DNA of 64,000 nucleotides from Patescibacteria group bacterium. GTDB lineage: Bacteria; Patescibacteriota; Microgenomatia; UBA1400; CG1-02-47-37. Shown here one piece after another: positions 35,908 to 44,820 of this stretch (position 1 is its first letter; every line of letters begins with the position of its first letter). A program made the position numbers and the translations under genes. Location: assembly GCA_038065055.1 (NCBI GenBank), contig JBBTRT010000001.1, forward strand, positions 48,893 through 112,892. Direction: 5' to 3'. The notes under the pieces are model-generated. The model did no database searches. It saw only the letters and a program-made list of their open reading frames with translations, and was not told the origin of the DNA.

Positions 35908-36174
35908 TTAACCATATAACTGACTATGAGTCCCCAAAGCTACAAATACAATATCCTGACCGAATTGCCCCTCAGTCACATACAATGCCCTCCAATCACC
36001 GGTAACATTAATACTTCTTGTCCCGCTATATTTTCCTTTAAGAATATGATTGTTCAACAAGGGGCTAAAATTATCTGCTTTAAAAAGTTTTAATTTTACC
36101 ATGATAATTTGCCTTATCTTACTTGGTGCTCTATTGTATTGCTTCTTAAACTGGCGATCAAACCTGATTAGCAT
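35908..36174 (-). CDS. RelE/ParE-superfamily toxin
   Basis: IRFDRQFKKQY...LLNNHILKGKYSGTRSINVTGDWRALY pattern. Start set at MLIRFD. Confidence 0.6.
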   Translation of the reverse strand: MLIRFDRQFKKQYNRAPSKIRQIIMVKLKLFKADNFSPLLNNHILKGKYSGTRSINVTGDWRALYVTEGQFGQDIVFVALGTHSQLYG

Positions 36175-36460
36175 ATTTTGCGTTTTTATCATCCAGCCAA
36201 GCCATCGCTTCTTCAATACTATCAAAAGCCGGAGAAACTCTACCGGCTTTATAATCCACCTCAGATTGTTTTAATGATTGAATTAAATATTCCGAAGGTT
36301 CCTCATTATTAATGTCAAATTCTATCTTTTTAGTTCTAATTAAAGTTTTTAAAAATCCATTAATAACCGCGCTTAAACTTAAACCCAGTTTTTCAACCAC
36401 ATCTCTTGCCTGATTTTTTACATCTTGATCAACCCTGATATTAATTATTGCTGTATCCAT
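36158..36460 (-). CDS. DinJ/RelB-family antitoxin
   Basis: INIRVDQDVKNQARDVVEKLGLSLSAVINGFLKTL ribbon-helix-helix pattern. Start set at MDTAIIN. Confidence 0.65.
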   Translation of the reverse strand: MDTAIINIRVDQDVKNQARDVVEKLGLSLSAVINGFLKTLIRTKKIEFDINNEEPSEYLIQSLKQSEVDYKAGRVSPAFDSIEEAMAWLDDKNAKYANQV

Positions 36461-36502
36461 ATATACACAGTGTACCAATTATATATACAACTGTCAACTT
36501 CC

Positions 36503-38806
36503 CTACGGGTTCACTTCTTGCCACGTCATATCCTGCTTTAACAAATACCGGTAAGCATTTACTTGCAGATCAGGCCGGTAAATAAATTTTTCCGCCGGTT
36601 GGGTCTCATCGGCCGGATCAGCCAAATCCCTTCCCAAGCTAAATCCGCCCCAGCCGGTAAAAATCCCCTCGCCGGTTAGTTGGCTCGTGCCCGAGGTCCT
36701 GATCACCCCGTCGCTCACAAAAACGCCCTCAATATTGGTTACTGCTGAATTGCTGATGATAATATCCCCTGACGCAATAATCGCCAAAAATCCGCCTGGG
36801 GCCGTGCTGGAAACATCAATATTATTATTAATCGTCACGTTGCCGTCTGCCAGCAAAATTACCATCCTGCCGGAACCAACGGTCCAATTGCCGCCGCTGG
36901 TCGTCATTGCCCCCGCGGTTTCATACACCCCGTCGCTAGCCGGCAAACTGCCATCCCAATCGCCAATTCCATCCGGATCATTACTAAGTCTCTGCCTAAA
37001 ATAAGCAAAATCCGTAGTTAACCCTTTATACTCCGTCTTGGCTTCCCAATTATTTCCGTCTTGGCTAAGACTGCCTTCAGCTACATCCACTGTCCCGGTA
37101 AAACTCGCTAAACCGGTCGCCCCATTGCCGGTAGTAATCAAATAAGGCAAGCAGCTGCCGCTGCAACTGTCGGGAATAATCGAACTGATATTGCCGTTAT
37201 CCGCGTGAATATTCCCGCCCTGCGTCTGCCACCAGGGTTCACTCAGTATGTTTGCCCCACATGACGCATTTGTTCCACCATAGACGCCAATACAGCTCCA
37301 TGTCCATGGTCCTGAACCTGAAACTACTGTGGGCGTGCCGGCATTACAAAGGTTGGTTGATGGCGCCGAATAGAAATAACCTCCATTAGCTGAACCGCAG
37401 GAACCGTTAATTGGCGCATTATTAACTGTATAAGGGCAAGTACCTAGAGCGCTGAATTGCCCTAAGGAATTCATGCAAATGACTTCTCCTTCATGATATC
37501 CAGGTATTGTCTGAGCCCCAACAGGAAAATAACCGGAAGTAAACATTCCCATCTCGACAAAACCGTAGTCATGAAAGACTCCGCAACCAATTGCATTGGT
37601 AGAAGTTAAATGTATAGTTGGGCTACCTCCATATGGCAATGGATTTGATAATGAATATGGCAAGACATCACAGGAAGCGGTTGCGCTAGAAGCAGTTTTG
37701 TTTTCTGAACAATATGCATCATAGCCTCCATTAGAACCAGGGCAAGTCCACGTCCAAGTATAATCACGACTAATATTGTAAGTGCTTGCTGCTGGCGAAT
37801 AACAATTGTAATGGTCTGTTGAACAAGAACCATTAATTGCCGCCGCCAGGCAGGTAAAATTCGCTCCCCTTACCCACTCGCTCGTCAACCCGGCGCTGGT
37901 TTTCCCCCGCACCTCCCAAGCATAAGTATGTCCCTGAGTTGTTGACGGCGACCAAGAAAGTTCACCGGCAATATCAATACATCGATCCGGCAATCCGCAT
38001 CCAAAAGTCAATCCATTCACCAAATCATCCAATCTCACCTCAAAAACCTCACCGAAACCATCCCAGGAAAGCGCCGCCGCTGTCCCCTGCGCATTGCAAG
38101 ACCCGCTCGGCGTAATTGGCGCCGGCACAATACAGCTAGCTGTTCGGCAAGTATTGTACCGTGTTATATAATATCCTTCAGGATCAGCGTTATAGTTCCA
38201 CCACGGACTTGAGTCTGTAGAACTCAAATAATCATCGTTCGTTGAATTGCAGTGCCAACGGGTTGCAGGATTGCCAGGATCTCCTTGAGGATACGACCAT
38301 GCGGCAGTATTATACGTTGATCCCGTGGTTCTTACTGTTCCGGCCGGACAGCAACTGCAATTGGCTTGACAATTCTCTCCCACCACCCCGCAAGCCGATC
38401 CATAATTCCAGGCATCTCTGTCAAAACAAGTCTGTTTGTAATTAACATTTTGGCAGGTTTCTGCTGATACGCTGCCGCACTGCAGGTATAGCCCGTCAGG
38501 GCAATTTCCTGCCCCCGCCCCGCACGACCCGCACTCCCCGCCATTGCAGCACTCTTGGGCTCCGCAGCCAAAATTTACCCCGGCGCACATGCCCTCAATC
38601 TCCCCCCCATAATCCCCGCACTCTATACATTCGTCATCGGATGTTGAATCCGTTCCTTGTTTATCACACACATCGCACCAACCCCCAGATCCTGTTCCCG
38701 CACACTGCCAGCTACAAGGAATTGCTTCCACCAAAGAAACCTTACCCAAAAAAGCCATTAGCGCCAAAATAAAAATGATCAGCCACTTAAACTTATTTCC
38801 CATCAA
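36503..38806 (-). CDS. large secreted Cys-rich protein with repeated INGSC...WTW.C.G..GG...C module and beta-helix-like C-terminus
   Basis: Signal peptide (KWLIIFILALMAFLG), about 60 Cys, two copies of a ~45-aa Cys module, and a Gly/Asn/Ile-rich C-terminal third. Confidence 0.5.
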   Translation of the reverse strand: MMGNKFKWLIIFILALMAFLGKVSLVEAIPCSWQCAGTGSGGWCDVCDKQGTDSTSDDECIECGDYGGEIEGMCAGVNFGCGAQECCNGGECGSCGAGAGNCPDGLYLQCGSVSAETCQNVNYKQTCFDRDAWNYGSACGVVGENCQANCSCCPAGTVRTTGSTYNTAAWSYPQGDPGNPATRWHCNSTNDDYLSSTDSSPWWNYNADPEGYYITRYNTCRTASCIVPAPITPSGSCNAQGTAAALSWDGFGEVFEVRLDDLVNGLTFGCGLPDRCIDIAGELSWSPSTTQGHTYAWEVRGKTSAGLTSEWVRGANFTCLAAAINGSCSTDHYNCYSPAASTYNISRDYTWTWTCPGSNGGYDAYCSENKTASSATASCDVLPYSLSNPLPYGGSPTIHLTSTNAIGCGVFHDYGFVEMGMFTSGYFPVGAQTIPGYHEGEVICMNSLGQFSALGTCPYTVNNAPINGSCGSANGGYFYSAPSTNLCNAGTPTVVSGSGPWTWSCIGVYGGTNASCGANILSEPWWQTQGGNIHADNGNISSIIPDSCSGSCLPYLITTGNGATGLASFTGTVDVAEGSLSQDGNNWEAKTEYKGLTTDFAYFRQRLSNDPDGIGDWDGSLPASDGVYETAGAMTTSGGNWTVGSGRMVILLADGNVTINNNIDVSSTAPGGFLAIIASGDIIISNSAVTNIEGVFVSDGVIRTSGTSQLTGEGIFTGWGGFSLGRDLADPADETQPAEKFIYRPDLQVNAYRYLLKQDMTWQEVNP

Positions 38807-38848
38807 TTCAGTCTAAGCAAACTTATTTCCCTTGTCAATTACTTAATC

Positions 38849-41173
38849 TTAAATCCCAAAATACCAAAAACCTTTTTCTTTTAACATTTTCGGCAACTTA
38901 AACAAATCCCCTTTAAGAACAACTATCAACACCTGATTTTGCTCTGCTAAAAATTCCTGCAACTCTTGACTGACAAGCCCTCTCACCCCATCTTTATCGC
39001 TGGAAACAATAAGTAAAGATCTTCCCGTATCAATATTTTCTAGATTCGAATCCTTCAGTAATTTTGGAAAATAGCTGTCATCGATTAAACCAATCATGGA
39101 AAAAATCGTTCCGTCAGTATCCCTGATTAACATTGGTATAACCTTCAAATTTAATTTTTGCTTGCCATCAGCATCAATGACCGCTAAGTTGGCATACCCT
39201 GCCTTAAGAGCGATATGATTATTAGCGCCAGACTCGCCATCCGAAATTGTTATTACTTTCCTGCCTTCAAATGTATCATTACTTGCTCGCCAAGCAATTG
39301 GAATTTCAAGTTCGATTTTTTCCCCATCATAATATACTTCATCAAATTCACCCGCCGCGGTTTCTGCCGTCGCCAAAGCCACATACCTATGAATCGTATC
39401 AATCATGGCTTGCTGTACTTCCGGACTTGCCCCTTCGTCCACCACAAAATTAGCCAGGCCCGCTTCCCACTCCGCTATTTGCTCAGGCGTCGAATCCGGG
39501 CTCGGCGCCCCAGACCCAAAAATTGTCGCCTCACCATCTATAAATTGCCACCCTCCGGCGGTAAGCACTCCATCCTTATTCGTCACCGCCAGGTTGGAAA
39601 CCGTAAACACTTCCGCGCCAATGGTCAGTTCCGCCCGCCCGCCCGCAAAAATTTTCAAATTATCAACCCCCGGAATAGTAAAATGGTCTCCATCCTGAAT
39701 TAATCGATATTCATCCCCCAGTGTTTTCTGCAATTCAGAAATTGGCCCCTCCGGCAACGGGGCGCTAATCTTCTCCATGGCAAAAAATACTTTAAACCCT
39801 GCCTCGTCTAAAACAATTTGAAAATCCTGTTCTTCTCCTGTCGTCGGCGATATAAAATGCATACTTTTTCCATCGACATCAAATACCATAACCATTTTTG
39901 TTAAAGCAATTCCCTGATCCGGAGCGATCGGCGTTACTCCGCTCGCCTGCAAAGCCCAGACAATTTCATTTCCCATAGGCGCTCCATAAATTACCTGCCA
40001 TTCACCATTAACTCTTATCCGTGCCTCAGTTAATCCATCAGTTCCCCTATAAAATAAAACTTTTTCTTCACCTAAATCAAACCCAACCGTATCATTCTTA
40101 TCAACGCCATCACACTCACTGCCGCATTTAGTCCAATAATCTTGGATATCGGTCTCTAAAATCACCGGCGCTTCCGGAAAAATACCTAACGCCAATCTAG
40201 CCTCAGCCGCCAATTCCACTCCGCCAGGCAAGTTGGCTAACTGACCCGCATCTACCACGCTAGAGGTACCGTCGCTAAAATGAACCGTTAAAGTCATCGT
40301 TCCATCCGCATTTTTTTGCGCCGCCAATTTGGCTGCTTCCGCCACCAAATTTCCATCCAAAACACTAAACTCCTGTATTGATGTCTCCATCAACCCGTTT
40401 GATCCAGCCGCTTTCCAGCCATCCAAGCTTATTTGCGCTCCAACCATTTTATACAACTGATAATCCGATTTCCCGTCTTTATCAAGATCAACTGACTCCA
40501 CCGGAATTGCCAGCATTGGCGTTGCCTTTGCATCTTTAGCCGCCTGCCACTCCAAACCGACCAACTCACCGTTCTTTTCTGTCATCCGTAAATCCGGCAT
40601 TGCCGCGCCATTAACATCAAAACAGGCCACCGCTGCACCCATTACTACTTGGTCTGCCCCTGACGGCGCCGCCAAATCCACTGAATGAATTAACGCTTCC
40701 TTTTGTAATGTCGCACACAAACTTAAAGCATCACTCTGCCCGCCACCATCAGGATCTTTAACAGAATTATAAGCCCCCACACAAGCGGTTATCACTAATG
40801 CTAAACCGCTCCAATAAACTATCGACCGGCCATTAAAACCTTGCAAATTAAAATGCCTATCTCCAACTTCATCCTTCGGAAAAGGATCAAAAGCTAAATC
40901 TAAGGCTCGTCCGGTCTCCTGCCAAAACTGTTGCGGATTTTCTTTTATGGCCTCTCTAACAATTCTTACCGGCTCAGCTGTATCATGCCACCAGTTTTCC
41001 AGATGAGTTCTGGAAATTCGGGCATATTCTGCCGCTGATAAAATCAGGATCTTTCCCAAAGGTTTAGCTTCCTTTCCTTTTTCCGCCTTAAAATCAGCAG
41101 AATGAACGTCTAATTCTCCCTCCTTAAAACCGTCTGGTCCACCTGAAAAAGTCATTATTGGTGCAAGTGTCAT
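38849..41173 (-). CDS. large membrane-anchored protein, unknown function
   Basis: 774 aa. A ~120-aa N-terminal cytoplasmic part, one TM helix (IVYWSGLALVITACVGAY), then a large Ala/Gly/Asp-rich ectodomain. Confidence 0.45.
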   Translation of the reverse strand: MTLAPIMTFSGGPDGFKEGELDVHSADFKAEKGKEAKPLGKILILSAAEYARISRTHLENWWHDTAEPVRIVREAIKENPQQFWQETGRALDLAFDPFPKDEVGDRHFNLQGFNGRSIVYWSGLALVITACVGAYNSVKDPDGGGQSDALSLCATLQKEALIHSVDLAAPSGADQVVMGAAVACFDVNGAAMPDLRMTEKNGELVGLEWQAAKDAKATPMLAIPVESVDLDKDGKSDYQLYKMVGAQISLDGWKAAGSNGLMETSIQEFSVLDGNLVAEAAKLAAQKNADGTMTLTVHFSDGTSSVVDAGQLANLPGGVELAAEARLALGIFPEAPVILETDIQDYWTKCGSECDGVDKNDTVGFDLGEEKVLFYRGTDGLTEARIRVNGEWQVIYGAPMGNEIVWALQASGVTPIAPDQGIALTKMVMVFDVDGKSMHFISPTTGEEQDFQIVLDEAGFKVFFAMEKISAPLPEGPISELQKTLGDEYRLIQDGDHFTIPGVDNLKIFAGGRAELTIGAEVFTVSNLAVTNKDGVLTAGGWQFIDGEATIFGSGAPSPDSTPEQIAEWEAGLANFVVDEGASPEVQQAMIDTIHRYVALATAETAAGEFDEVYYDGEKIELEIPIAWRASNDTFEGRKVITISDGESGANNHIALKAGYANLAVIDADGKQKLNLKVIPMLIRDTDGTIFSMIGLIDDSYFPKLLKDSNLENIDTGRSLLIVSSDKDGVRGLVSQELQEFLAEQNQVLIVVLKGDLFKLPKMLKEKGFWYFGI

Positions 41174-41291
41174 ACTCTAGGACAGAATATACCCTATAGT
41201 ATAACTAACTCCTGATAATTTCTATGCGTAACTTATACATATTCATTATAGGCCGCGAATTATATTTTATCAATACCTCGTTGCTTATTGC

Positions 41292-41320
41292 AAGCCTTCC
41301 GGGAGACTCCCGGAAGGCTT
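41292..41320. repeat. REP hairpin copy 1 (29-bp perfect palindrome)
   Basis: AAGCCTTCCGGGAGACTCCCGGAAGGCTT, 34 nt upstream of the RAYT ATG. Confidence 0.9.
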
Positions 41321-41353
41321 TAACCCTACTCAAAAAGTGATAATATAAAAGTA

Positions 41354-42040
41354 ATGCCCGCTAAACACAGTATCAAAGAATACGAAGCTGGAGCTTATTA
41401 CCACCTTTACAATCGAGGTGTTGAAAAAAGGATTGTTTTCCAAGACGATGCCGATTATAAAACTTTCCTCGGCTTTCTCCGCCTCTACCTCACAGCTCCC
41501 CACCTTCCGGGAGACTCCCGGAAGGTTGCCCGCCCCATATCAAAACCCTTAAATAATTTCCAAGGTAATATCATTCTCCTTGCCTATTGCTTAATGCCTA
41601 ACCACTTTCATCTGCTAGTTAAACAAAACCAAGAAGATGGTATTAACCATTTCATGCGTTCGCTCATGGCCCAATATGTTCGTTACTTTAACACTAAATA
41701 CCAACGCATCGGTAGTTTATTCCAAGGGCCTTATAAAGCTGTAAAAGTCGAAAGCGAAGAACAATTTGTATATCTGTCAAAATATATTCACCGCAACCCA
41801 CTCAATCTCCCCGCCTTCCGGGAGTCTCCCGGAAGGTTAAATAATCTTGAAAACTACAAATTTTCCTCTTACGGCAACTACCTAAACCTTTTTCAACAAT
41901 CATGGGTTTCATGCTCTGATATTCTCTCTTATTTTTCCACTAAAAATCCTCAAACAACCTACAAAACTTTCATTAAAGAATCAACTGATAAAGATATATT
42001 AACCATCGCTCCGCTGACCATTGATATTGAATTTGATTAA
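41354..42040 (+). CDS. REP-associated tyrosine transposase (IS200/Y1 family)
   Basis: YHLYNRG, HUH motif PNHFHLLV, and catalytic Tyr region YLSKYIHRNP. 228 aa. Confidence 0.75.
   Translation: MPAKHSIKEYEAGAYYHLYNRGVEKRIVFQDDADYKTFLGFLRLYLTAPHLPGDSRKVARPISKPLNNFQGNIILLAYCLMPNHFHLLVKQNQEDGINHFMRSLMAQYVRYFNTKYQRIGSLFQGPYKAVKVESEEQFVYLSKYIHRNPLNLPAFRESPGRLNNLENYKFSSYGNYLNLFQQSWVSCSDILSYFSTKNPQTTYKTFIKESTDKDILTIAPLTIDIEFD
41503..41525. repeat. REP hairpin copy 2 (inside the RAYT CDS, in frame)
   Basis: CCTTCCGGGAGACTCCCGGAAGG, translated as ..HLPGDSRKV.. Confidence 0.9.
41814..41836. repeat. REP hairpin copy 3 (inside the RAYT CDS, in frame, loop base flipped)
   Basis: CCTTCCGGGAGTCTCCCGGAAGG, translated as ..PAFRESPGRL.. 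Confidence 0.9.
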
Positions 42041-42047
42041 CCTTCCG

Positions 42048-42070
42048 CCTTCCGGGAGACTCCCGGAAGG
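42048..42070. repeat. REP hairpin copy 4 (8 nt after the RAYT stop)
   Basis: CCTTCCGGGAGACTCCCGGAAGG, preceded by the partial duplicate CCTTCCG. Confidence 0.9.
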
Positions 42071-42073
42071 TAC

Positions 42074-43102
42074 TTACCCTCTTAGCCGGGCAATGTCTTT
42101 AATCGTGATCAACACCATTAACCCGATTAACGCCAGCATTCCTGCCAGATGTATCCGCTGTTCCCATTCCGGCTTTAACTTCTTGCCGGTAATTATTTCC
42201 CCCAGCACAAAAAATAATCGCCCCCCGTCTAAGGCCGGCAAAGGCAATAAGTTTAAAATCGCCAGATTAATCGACAAAATCGCCATAAACTGCAACACGG
42301 CAATAAAACCCTCCTTAGCCACATTTTTGGAAATCTCGTAAATTCCCACCGGCCCGGTCACATCCTTCGGCACTTGACCTTGTCCTAATCCCACTGCCAT
42401 TTTAACTAAACCGGTCACAATCTCTTTGCCCCACAACCAGGCCTCTTTTACCCCGGTCACCATTCCCCGGAACGGCCGCTGCCACAGCGGATACTGCACC
42501 AAATCCACATCAGTTATCCCCACCCCTAGCGCCCCTTGGCCGGCCGGTGTTTCTTCTGCTAATCTTGGCGTCAACTTTACTTCCCGGCCATCCCCCAACT
42601 GCAACGCTACTTCCTGTCCCCGATTCTCATTTACCCACTCAATAAACGCCTGCGTCTCCTTGAAATTTAAAATTTTATCATCTGGCTTCAAACCGGCCGT
42701 TTGCGCCGGCGAGCCATCCGTTACGCTGGTAACTTTCAAGTAATCGACTTTTTCCGGAATCCCGATCTTGGTATAAATTCCGGCAAACAATAAAATTCCC
42801 AGCAAAAAATTCATACTCACCCCTGCCAACAAAACCGCTATTTTTACCGGCTTTTTTTGGCTCGCAAACGAGCCGTGGCCCTCGGGTAAATCCTCTCCCA
42901 GCATCCGCACAAACCCACCGAACGGCAACAAATTAAGACTATACTCTGTTTCCTGTTTCTTAAATCCTAATATTTTTGGCGGATAGCCAAACCCAAATTC
43001 TTCCACTTTAATCTTAAACCACCGCGCCACCACAAAATGCCCCAGTTCATGGATCAGGATCAAAACCGACAAAATAATGAAAAAAGTTAAAAGTGGCGGC
43101 AT
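42074..43102 (-). CDS. rseP: RIP metalloprotease RseP (M50 site-2 protease)
   Basis: HELGHF at the N-terminus, a PDZ-like middle region and the LNLLPLPALDGG motif. Confidence 0.85.
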   Translation of the reverse strand: MPPLLTFFIILSVLILIHELGHFVVARWFKIKVEEFGFGYPPKILGFKKQETEYSLNLLPFGGFVRMLGEDLPEGHGSFASQKKPVKIAVLLAGVSMNFLLGILLFAGIYTKIGIPEKVDYLKVTSVTDGSPAQTAGLKPDDKILNFKETQAFIEWVNENRGQEVALQLGDGREVKLTPRLAEETPAGQGALGVGITDVDLVQYPLWQRPFRGMVTGVKEAWLWGKEIVTGLVKMAVGLGQGQVPKDVTGPVGIYEISKNVAKEGFIAVLQFMAILSINLAILNLLPLPALDGGRLFFVLGEIITGKKLKPEWEQRIHLAGMLALIGLMVLITIKDIARLRG

Positions 43103-43105
43103 ATT

Positions 43106-43141
43106 CTAATTTTCAATTTTCAAAACCCAATTTTCAATCAA
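43106..43141. repeat. 36-bp AT-rich intergenic motif, copy 2 (upstream of rseP)
   Basis: TAATTTTCAATTTTCAAAACCCAATTTTCAATCAAT. The partner half-motifs at 43180-43192 and 43206-43219 match 32871-32883 and 32887-32900. Confidence 0.85.
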
Positions 43142-43223
43142 TAACCAATAAACCAATTAATTAATTTTTCAAACATTAAATCATTGAAAATTCATTGTAA
43201 ATTGATAATTGTAAATTGGTAAA

Positions 43224-43787
43224 TTAAATTGTAATCAATTCTTTCTGTTTTTGCTGTTCAATTTGGTCCATTTTCTGATTATACTCATCAATGAGTTTCT
43301 GCAGCTTATCGTGCTGACGGGTAATATCGTCTTCAGATACCCCTGCCTGATCTTTCTGATTATCAATGTCTTTTTTTAGTTCAACCCGCGTTTGCCTCAG
43401 CATCGCTTTTCCGGCTTCGATTTTTTGTTTGACGATTTTTACCAGCTCCTCCCGGCGCTCTTGGTTCAAGGACGGAATCGTAATCCTGATCTGGTCATTA
43501 TCGGCTATTGGATTTACGTGCAAATCCGACTGCTGAATCCCTTTGACAATTTTTTCCAAAATACTCGAGTCCCAAGGTTTAATCAGTAAGGTTGACGGAT
43601 CCGGCGCCGTAATCCCCGCCACCTCTTTTAAAGTCAACCAGGTCCCTTCATACGCTTCCACTTTAACATCTTCCACCATCGCTGGTTTCGCCCTGCCGGT
43701 TTGAATATTCACCATTTCCCCTTTAACCAACTGCATCACCGTGTCCATTTTTTGCCTGCCGCTATTTAGCCAGCTCTCATCAATCAT
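43224..43787 (-). CDS. frr: ribosome recycling factor
   Basis: 187 aa with a typical RRF pattern (GRA.P.....V.V.AYG....L...A.I...D..T..I.PWD) and a C-terminal coiled coil. Confidence 0.9.
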   Translation of the reverse strand: MIDESWLNSGRQKMDTVMQLVKGEMVNIQTGRAKPAMVEDVKVEAYEGTWLTLKEVAGITAPDPSTLLIKPWDSSILEKIVKGIQQSDLHVNPIADNDQIRITIPSLNQERREELVKIVKQKIEAGKAMLRQTRVELKKDIDNQKDQAGVSEDDITRQHDKLQKLIDEYNQKMDQIEQQKQKELITI

Positions 43788-43802
43788 AAATTCAGTCTAA
43801 CA

Positions 43803-44102
43803 TCAAAGGCTGATTCTGGCAATCTCGCTCACCCTGATTTTTTCCTTAAATTTAGCGGCCGCCTGGACCACTAGGTCTTTAACCGTCCGTTTACTGTCCC
43901 TGATATAAGTCTGTTTTAACAGCTCTTTCACGTTTTTCGGTTTCATGCTGGCTACCTGCATGGCCAATTCTTTACACAAAGCCGTAAACTCTTCGCTTCT
44001 GCCCATAAAATCGGTTTCGCACAAAACTTTAACCATGGCGCCAACCCGGCCGCCATTATGAATATAAGCGTAAACTTGGCCTTCGCTTAATTTATTTATC
44101 AT
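43803..44102 (-). CDS. tsf: elongation factor Ts-like protein, core-domain only (99 aa)
   Basis: EGQVYAYIHNGGRVGAMVKVLCETDFMGRSEEF...LAMQVASMKP and a C-terminal ...KIRVSEIARISL match the EF-Ts core. Lies downstream of rpsB as usual. There is no room for the N-terminal UBA-like domain. Confidence 0.6.
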   Translation of the reverse strand: MINKLSEGQVYAYIHNGGRVGAMVKVLCETDFMGRSEEFTALCKELAMQVASMKPKNVKELLKQTYIRDSKRTVKDLVVQAAAKFKEKIRVSEIARISL

Positions 44103-44817
44103 TGGTTAAATCCTTTGGCTGCAACGCCTTGCCATCCTGATAAGCCTGGCAAATTTTACCCACGATAAACTTAATCGAACTAACCGCGTCGTCGTTGGCC
44201 GGAATCGAAAAATCCACCAAATCCGGATCGGCATTGGTATCGACAATGCCCACCACCGTTAAACCTTTTGTCCTGGCTTCTCTCACCGCCGCGATTTCTT
44301 TTTTCACGTCCACTATAAACACCGCCGCCGGCACTTGGGTTAAATTTCTTAAGCCCCCCAAAAACCGGTCCACTTTGGCAATATCCCGATCAATCAGCAA
44401 GTTTTCTTTTTTCGTGTATTTTTTCAATTCCCCTTTGGCTTTTTTTTCTTCCAGGTCCTTAATCCGGTCCAGGCTCTTTTTAATCTGTTCCCAATTGGTA
44501 ATAATCCCGCCCATCCAGCGAATGCTGATATAGGGTGCGCCGGCTTTTAACGCCTCTTCTTTAATAATCGCCGACGCCTGCCGCTTGGTCCCGACCAAAA
44601 TAATCTCTTTTTTCTGGGCCACCAAATCGCGGACAAACGTCATCGCCGTGGCTAATTTTTCGGCCGTTATTCCCAGGTCAAAAATATGCACCCCTTCTCT
44701 TTTGGTGAAAATATACTTGCCCATCTTGGGGTTCCAACGCCTGGCCTGATGGCCAAAATGGCAACCCGCATCCAATAAATCTTTCAAACTAATCTTATAT
44801 TCGGTTTTTTTACTCAT
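44092..44817 (-). CDS. rpsB: 30S ribosomal protein S2
   Basis: LLDAGCHFGHQARRWNPKM, ILVGTKRQA, RWMGGIITNW. Confidence 0.9.
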   Translation of the reverse strand: MSKKTEYKISLKDLLDAGCHFGHQARRWNPKMGKYIFTKREGVHIFDLGITAEKLATAMTFVRDLVAQKKEIILVGTKRQASAIIKEEALKAGAPYISIRWMGGIITNWEQIKKSLDRIKDLEEKKAKGELKKYTKKENLLIDRDIAKVDRFLGGLRNLTQVPAAVFIVDVKKEIAAVREARTKGLTVVGIVDTNADPDLVDFSIPANDDAVSSIKFIVGKICQAYQDGKALQPKDLTNDK

Positions 44818-44820
44818 AAG

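Larger units (their letters stand above)
41292..42070 (+). mobile_element. REP/RAYT unit: IS200-like Y1 transposase gene with four cognate hairpin repeats
   Basis: A HUH/Tyr transposase ORF flanked and interrupted by copies of CCTTCCGGGAG-N-CTCCCGGAAGG. Confidence 0.7.

Noticed and set aside
42021-42341. ORF 42021-42341 (+), starting within the RAYT 3' end/REP copy and running antisense to rseP.
   Set aside because: It is entirely antisense to a well-supported M50 protease gene, with no start context.
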